NCBI GenBank assembly: GCA_951406725.2
Contig: OX597815.1
Location: 24,366,001-24,430,000 of the forward strand
DNA length: 64,000 nucleotides
DNA from: Octopus vulgaris
Lineage: Eukaryota
Reading direction: 5' to 3'
Below the pieces are notes generated by a model, which saw only the letters and a program-made list of their open reading frames with translations, was not told the origin of the DNA and searched no databases. Shown piece after piece: positions 56,546-64,000 of this stretch (position 1 is its first letter; each line of letters begins with the position of its first letter). A program made the translations under genes and the position numbers.

Positions 56546-56952
56546 TACTCTTTACTCTTTTACTTGTTTATCATATTACTGTGGCCATGCTGGAGCACCA
56601 CCTTCAGTCGAGTAAATCGACCCCAGGACATATTCTTTGTAAGCCTAGTACTTCTTATTCTATCAGTCTCTCTTGCCGAACTGCTAAGTGACAGGGGCGT
56701 AAACACACCAACATCGGTTGTCAAGCGATGTTGTGGGGATAAGCACAGACACACAAACATATATAAACACACATACATATACATATATACGACGGGCTTT
56801 TTTTAGTTTCCGTCTACCAAATCCACTCACAAGGCTTTGGTCAGCCCGAGGCTGTAGAAGAAGACACTTGCCCAAGGTGCCACGCAGTGGGACTGAACCC
56901 GGAACCATGTGGTTGGTTAGCAAGCTACTTACCGCACAGCCACTCCTGCACC
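56546..56952 (-). mobile_element. CORE-like tRNA SINE
   Basis: 27916 family, inverted. Confidence 0.86.
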
Positions 56953-57601
56953 TATCTGTGACAGAAATATTTAAAGGTAATAGAAAATGTGTGTTTTTAT
57001 TTTCTTTCTTTCTTTTAAAATATGTCATTTTGACATTCAAAATGCTGAAATAGTAATGTCATGACTAAAGAGCCAAGTCAGTTATTGTTTGTCATACCAG
57101 AGCCAAGTAAGTTATTGTTTGTTGTAAAGCTTTGTGATTAGATTTGGAAAATGGAAACTAAAAGAAGCAGGTCACATGTGTGTAGTGTCTGTGTTTGTCC
57201 ACCTTAACCCCACCACCACCACCACCATCACCACATGACAACGGGCGTCGGTGTGTTTACGTCACACTTGTTTACAACCATCAAATACAGTCAAGGCAAG
57301 GACACAATAACACATGCATATATGGGCATATAAACACACGCCCACACACACACAATTTCTTTCTCACAAATCCACTCACAAGGCTTTGGCTGACTTGAGT
57401 CCATAGTTGAAGACACTTGACACAAAGACACAAAGGTGCCAGTGGGACTGAACCCCAAACCATGTGGTTGGGAAGCAAACCCCTTACCACACAGCTGATA
57501 ATTAAAAAAGTATAAGAGCAGCTGAAGTAGGGTATTTATTCATTTTAGAAACTTTAAGATTAGGTAAAAATTAAAAGAATAGAATATATTCATATAATTA
57601 A

Positions 57602-58180
57602 GGCCGATGCCAGCGCCGCCTTGACTGGTTTCCATGTCGGGGGCACGTAAAAACCACCAACTGATCGTGGCCATTGCCAGCCTCCCCTGGCACTTGTGCT
57701 GATGGCACATAAAAAGCACCAACCGATCGGGGCTGTTGTCAGCCTACCCTGGCACCTGTGCCAGTGGCACCTAAAAAGCACCATCCGTATGTGGCTGATG
57801 CCAGCGCCGCCTTGACTGGTTTCCGTGTCGGTGGCACGTAAAAACCACCAACCGATCGTGGCTGTTGCCAGCCTCCCCTGGCACGTAAAAAGCACCGTCC
57901 GAACGTGGTCAATGCCAGCACCACCTCAACTGGCTTCCATGCCAGTGGGACGAAAAAAGCAACGTGGCCGCTTCCAGCTGCCCCTGGCACCTGTACCAGT
58001 GGCATGTAAAAAGCACCCACTACACTCACGGAGTGGTTGGCGTTAGGAAGGGCATCCAGCTGTAGAAACACAGCCAGATCAGACTGAAGCCTGGTGCAGC
58101 CTCCTGGCTTCCCAGACCCCGGACGAACCATCCAACCCATGCTAGAATGGAAAGCGGACGTTAAACGATGATGATGATGA
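57602..58180 (+). mobile_element. RTE 3' UTR fragment with about 7 tandem units
   Basis: Unit repeats plus (GAT)n. Confidence 0.8.
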
Positions 58181-58747
58181 ATTAATATTAGAGGTCAATT
58201 TAGTATTCATTGGAGCTTTTGAGATCAATATAATGTTATACCAGTCAAATATTGGGCTTTTTTTTGTAATTGGTTTTATCCTCTCCCAAACTTTGTAACC
58301 ATATGTCAGTGCTAGAAATCAATATCAGAGGTGAATGAATGTACAGAAATTATACAGTGTGAAGTTTATAGAATTTAGTTTTTAAAGGCACAGATGTGGC
58401 TATGTGGTAAGAAGCTTGCTTCCCAACCACATGGTTCCAGGTTCAGTCCTACTGCGTGGTATCTTGGGATCTGACTAAAACCCTTTAAAGTGATAATCCT
58501 GCATGGTCACAGTCAAATGACTGAACCAAGTAAAAGAGCAAATGTATATATATACCAAATATACAAATATATAAATAAATAAATAAAAAAATAATACGAT
58601 ACAATTTTGTCATGAGGGGAGAGGCAATAGAGATATGTATATATAAGATTGTTGCAAGTGACATACAGCAAGATAATAATAATAAAGAAACAAAAATTCG
58701 TTTAAATGTCTATTTGAGTGGACACTTGTACAAACACATACACGCTT

Positions 58748-59409
58748 ATAATAATGAAATTATTGTATACAGTGCTCAGGTGCACCACAACTTGTCAAAA
58801 AGTGTATATAAAGCATATGCAGTAATGTAAAAATGTCTAGGAAGTGAACAGTGTATGAGTCAGATACATGCTTGCGTGTGTATGGAGGGGAGAAAATCAG
58901 GTGTTGGTGAATCTGAGGAAGCAAGGAAGTTTTGAAGGATGCATTGCTCCGACAACTAACAACTGATGCCAGCAGTTTGTTCCATACTTCAGCAACTCTT
59001 AGTGTGAAAAAATGTTTCCGAAAGTCATGGGAGCTGTGCTGTTTTCTGACTTTGTAAACATGTCCATGGGTGTTAGAAAGATAGAGTTTGAAAAGGTGCT
59101 CAGAGTTGTTGTTTGTAAGATGGTTAATAATTTCATGGGTGTCTGCCAAGTCAGCTGCCAGACGTCGGAATTTCAATGTGTCCAGGCCCAGGGAAGTAAG
59201 GCGTTCAGAATATGGCAAATGCCTGATGGAGGGTATTCTCTTGGTTGCACGTCGCTGAACAGCTTCCAGACGATTAATATCCTGGGCAAGATAGGGATTC
59301 CAGACCGGTGATGCAAATTCCAGGTGAAGTCACACCATAGCTGTATAAAGCCGCAGATAGATAGCCGGAGAGTGGCTCACAAAGGACTTGGTGAGTGATG
59401 CCAAGACAC
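58748..59409 (-). mobile_element. CR1-clade LINE 3' fragment
   Basis: Same family as 26311 and 42184. Confidence 0.86.
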
Positions 59410-59806
59410 ACAAACACACACACACACACACACATACATATGCATGACGAGCTTCTTTCAGTTTCCATCTACCAAATCCACTCACAAGGCTTTGGTTGGC
59501 TTGAGACTATAGTGAAAGACATTTGCCCAAGATACCAAGCAGTGAGACTGGACCCTAGACCATGTGGTTTGGCAGCAAGCTTCTTACCACACAGCCATGC
59601 CTGTACCTCCACACACACACAAAAACAAATTCAAATTTATATCGATTACTGTTTTCAGTAAATGAGATGAAAAAATTAGACTCAAATGGTTTGATTTTAG
59701 AAAACTAGTGACTATGAATGTTTAGATATAAAAGACTGAGAAACAGGTAAAAAATGTTTTATACATTATATATACATATATTCACACATGTCCACACAAA
59801 CACACA

Positions 59807-60202
59807 AGTGGCTGTGTGGTAAGTAGCTTGCTAACCAACCAGATGGTTCCGGGTTCAGTCCCACTGCGTGGCATCTTGGGCAAGTGTCTTCTGCTATAGC
59901 CCCGGGCCGACCAATGCCTTGTGAGTGGATTTGGTAGACGGAAACTGAAAGAAGCCTGTCGTATATATGTATATATGTGTATGTGTGTTTGTTTGTGTGT
60001 CTGTGTTTGTCCCCTTAGCATTGCTTGACAACCGATGCTGGTGTGTTTATGTCCCCGTTACTTAGCGGTTCGGCAAAAGAGACCGATAGAATAAGTACTG
60101 GGCTTACAAAAAAGAATAAGTCCCGGGGTCGATTTGCTCGATTAAAGGCGGTGCTCCAGCATGGCCGCAGTCAAATGACTGAAACAAGTAAAGAGTAAGA
60201 GT
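59807..60202 (+). mobile_element. CORE-like tRNA SINE
   Basis: 27916 family. Confidence 0.86.
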
Positions 60203-60283
60203 ATACATACAATATATACAAACCCACATATACATATTTACATATACACAATATACAATACACACACACACACATATATATTA

Positions 60284-60697
60284 TACTCTTTTATTCTTTT
60301 ATTTTTTTCAGTCATTTGACTGTGGCCATGCTGGAGCACCGCCTTTAGTTGAAGAAATCAACCCCAGGACTTATTTGTTTGTAAGTCTAGTACTTGTTCT
60401 ATCACTATCTTTTGCCGAACTGCTAAGTTTCGGGCACATAAGCACACCAACATCAGCTGTCAAGCAATGGTTGGGGGGGGGGGGCATAAACATACACACA
60501 TACACACATGTATGTGTGTGTGTGTGTGTGTGTATGTGTGTGTGTGTGAGTATGTATACAACGGGCTTCTTTCAGTTTCTGTCTACAAGGCTTTGGTTGG
60601 CCAGAAGAAGAAACTTGCCCAAGGTTCCATACAGTGGGACTGAATATGGAACCATACGGTTAGTAAGCAAGCTACTTACCAGTCAGCCACTCCTGTG

Positions 60698-60699
<2 letters not shown>
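60284..60699 (-). mobile_element. CORE-like tRNA SINE (older copy)
   Basis: 27916 family, inverted, with deletions. Confidence 0.8.
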
Positions 60700-60739
<40 letters not shown>

Positions 60740-61224
60740 CACACACACACACATACATATATGTACATAGACATACATATCTATACATAGACATACGTAT
60801 ACATACATAAATATATATATACACACATACATTCTCATACGCACAGACATAAATACACACATATATATCTATACATATAAATTTGACATGGGCAATTCTT
60901 GTCATGGGATTCACAGTCAAATGGCCGGGTGGAATTGCACAAAAAACTATACATATATGAAGAATGATCAGGTGGTGATGCTGGGCTTTGTATTTTTTTC
61001 ATAGTTCCCATGGTTACCAAGATAATCTACTATAATCATAATCTTGTATTTATGAATGATACATGAATAAGGAAGGAAGGAAGGGGGTGATGACATATTT
61101 TTTCATAGTTCTCATGGTTACTGAGATAATCTACTATAATTACACTCTTGTGTTTATGAATGAGAAAGGAAGGGGTGATACATGAATAAGGAAGGATGGG
61201 GGTGATGTCATACTTGATAGTTAT

Positions 61225-61459
61225 CATCATCATCACCATTGTTTAACGTCCGTTTTCCATGCTAGCATGGGTTGGACGGTTCGACTGGGGTCTGGGAAGC
61301 CAGAAGGCTGCACCAGGCTCCAGTCTGATCTGGCAGTATTTCTACAGCTGGATGCCCTTCCTAATGCCAACCACTCTGTGAGTGTAGTGGGTGCGTTTTA
61401 CGTGCCAGGTGAGGCTGGCAATGGCCACGATCGGTTGGTGCTTTTTACGTACCAACCGA
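61225..61459 (-). mobile_element. Short RTE 3' end
   Basis: (CAT)n plus tail plus one or two units. Confidence 0.75.
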
Positions 61460-61503
61460 GCCAGAGTTCTTTCATCACACTTCTGTGACCTCATCAGTGG
61501 TCC
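61460..61503 (-). ncRNA. Minimal hammerhead ribozyme motif (Penelope-type)
   Basis: Minus strand CCA-CUGAUGA-G-GUCACA gaag UGUGAU-GAAA-GAAC-UC^-UGG. Confidence 0.65.
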
Positions 61504-61808
61504 TTTGCTTTCTTCTTTCTTATTTGTGTGTCTCTCCTTACTAACGGTCAGCCATTTTGTAGTTTGTATTCCTATTGCATGTGTCTTCATTTGCGCATGC
61601 GTATACCTCTATGTGTGTCTATGTTTAGTCAGTGTGGGGGGAGGGAGTGCCTGTAATATTTGTATCTCCTGTTGATACACGTTCGTGTAATTTGTTTTTG
61701 TTTATTTTTATTTTGTTCACGAGTTTACACCTATTTTTTGGTTGTATTTAGTTTAATTTTCTTTCTATTTTAATGTATATAGTTATTTACTTCCATTTGT
61801 TTATTTAT

Positions 61809-62226
61809 CTCTTTACTCTTTTTTTTTTTTTTTACTCTTTTTACTCGTTTCAGTCATTTGACTGCGGCCATGCTGGAGCACCGCCTTTAGTCGAGCAAAT
61901 CGACCCCAAGACTTATACTTTGTAAGCCCAGTACTTATTCTATCGGTCTCTTTTGCCGAACCGCTGAGTGACGGGGACGTAAACACACCAGCATCAGTTG
62001 TCAAACAATGCTAGGGGGACAAACACAGATGAACAAACACACACATACATATATACATATATACGACAGGCTTCTTTCAGTTTCCGTCTACCAAATCCAC
62101 TCACAAGGCATTGGTCGGCCCGGGGCTATAGCAGAAGACACTTGCCCAAGATGCCACGCAGTGGGACTGAACCCGGAACCATGTGGTTGGTTAGCAAGCG
62201 GCTTACCACACAGCCACTCCTGCGCC
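61809..62226 (-). mobile_element. CORE-like tRNA SINE
   Basis: 27916 family, inverted. Confidence 0.86.
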
Positions 62227-62547
62227 TGGTGTATTTTATTATGTTTTTAGTTTTGTTTATACTGTTATCAGTTTATGGGGATCTTCTTCTGTCACATGAA
62301 AAAAAAAAAGTTAAGATTAATGTAAAAAATAAATAACGCTGAAGCAAAATTAACACCAAATATATAGTGTGTGTTTTTATTGGCTAAACTGGGAAAATGA
62401 CCATTCCTAAATGCAACAACAACATATATATATATATGGAGCTCTAAAATGTGCGAGTTAATCGTCCAACCCATGCTAGCATGGACAGTGGATGTTAAAC
62501 GATGATGATGATGATGCTGATGATGATATCATCATCAACATCATCGA

Positions 62548-62585
<38 letters not shown>

Positions 62586-62602
62586 ATGTATATATATATA
62601 TT

Positions 62603-62633
<31 letters not shown>

Positions 62634-62660
62634 ATATATATATATATGTATATATACATG

Positions 62661-62691
<31 letters not shown>

Positions 62692-62789
62692 ATATACATA
62701 CATGTATATATATATATACATATATATATATATACATACATGTATATATATACACATACATGTATATATATACATACATGTATATATAT

Positions 62790-62831
<42 letters not shown>

Positions 62832-62999
62832 ATATATATACATACATGTATATATATACATACACAATTATATATATATATGTATGTATATATATACATG
62901 TATGTATATATATACATGTATGTAGATATATACATGTATGTATATATATATACATGTATATATACATATATATATATATGTATGTATATATATATATAT

Positions 63000-63064
<65 letters not shown>

Positions 63065-63077
63065 TATATATATATAT
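62548..63077. repeat. (TA)n / TACATGTA compound microsatellite
   Basis: Direct reading. Confidence 0.95.
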
Positions 63078-63476
63078 TCGATGATAATGATGATAATGAT
63101 ATCATCATCATCATCAGCATCATCGTTTAACATCCACTGTCCATGCTAGCATGGGTTGGACGATTAACTCGCACATTTTAGAGCTTCATTATTCAGGAGC
63201 AAAATCCTTTGAACAGGTTCCATTAGATTTTAATTTTGGAATCTGGGCATTAAGATGAATAGTATGAGATAAATATGTCATACAATTGAGTGGGCAAACA
63301 AAAATCTGAGACACTGCCTTGAAGAATTTTTTTATTTAGATAAGCTTGGTACTATCAGTCGCTTTTTGTCAAACCAGTAAGTTATGGGGATGTAAATAAA
63401 CCAACAGCAGTTGTCAAGCAATGATGAGGGAGAAACCCAGAGACAAAGACACATAATACACTTACATATATACATA

Positions 63477-63861
63477 TACTCTTTTACTTGTTTCAGTCAT
63501 TTGACTGCGGCCATACTGGAGCACCGCCTTTAGTCGAGCAACTCGACCCCAGGACTTATTCTTTTTGTAAGCCCAGTACTTATTTTATCAGTCTCTTTTT
63601 GCCGAACCGCTAAGTGACGGAGGACATAAACACACCAGCATTGGTTGTCAAGCAATGCTAGGGGAACAAACACAGACACACAAACACACACACATACATA
63701 TATATATATACATATATACGACAGGCTTCTTTCAGTTTCCGTCTACCAAATCCACTCACAAGGCATTGGTCGGCCCGGGGCTATGGCAGAAGACACTTGC
63801 CCAAGATGCCACGCAGTGGGACTGAACTCGGAACCATGTGGTTGGTTAGCAAGCTACTTAC
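63477..63861 (-). mobile_element. CORE-like tRNA SINE
   Basis: 27916 family, inverted. Confidence 0.84.
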
Positions 63862-64000
63862 ATATACAATTGATTTCTTTCAGTTTCTGTCTATGAAATC
63901 CACTGACAAAGCTTTGGTTGGTCTGAGGCATATATAGCAGAAGACACATGCCAAGTTACCACACTGTGGGACTGAACCCAGGACCATGTGTTTTGGAACC

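Noticed and set aside
62492-63149. About 210-aa Tyr/Ile ORFs
   Set aside because: Translations of the (TA)n compound microsatellite.
44300-64000. A second host gene downstream of myosin
   Set aside because: All ORFs here trace to SINEs, LINE fragments or microsatellites; small exons of another gene cannot be excluded by eye.

Overview
AT-rich, repeat-dense animal genomic DNA. The repeat complement (tRNA-derived SINEs, (GAT)n-tailed RTE LINE ends, long (TA)n tracts) points to an octopus/cephalopod; this is inference. The only host gene I can support is the 3' three-quarters of a non-muscle myosin II heavy chain (zipper/MYH9-10-like) on the + strand. It has 27 GT-AG exons from 1888 to the stop at 44013 that splice in frame to 4464 nt (1487 aa + stop): motor relay, loop 2, SH1-SH2, converter, IQ neck, coiled-coil rod and non-helical tailpiece. 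The 5' exons lie upstream of the window. Introns and the 20 kb downstream hold three SINE types, RTE and CR1 LINE fragments, a Mutator-like MITE, piggyBac-like MITEs, a non-autonomous Helitron, a solo LTR and simple repeats. The most interesting signal is structured RNA. There is a well-formed type I hammerhead ribozyme in sense orientation in a myosin intron (27285-27369), and several minimal Penelope-type hammerheads in short elements embedded in (TA)n, two of them with a U3-A8 core variant. Also notable are tandem pseudoknot-like units in RTE 3' UTRs and several locally templated inverted duplications. All RNA structures were read by eye; no activity or database identity has been tested.
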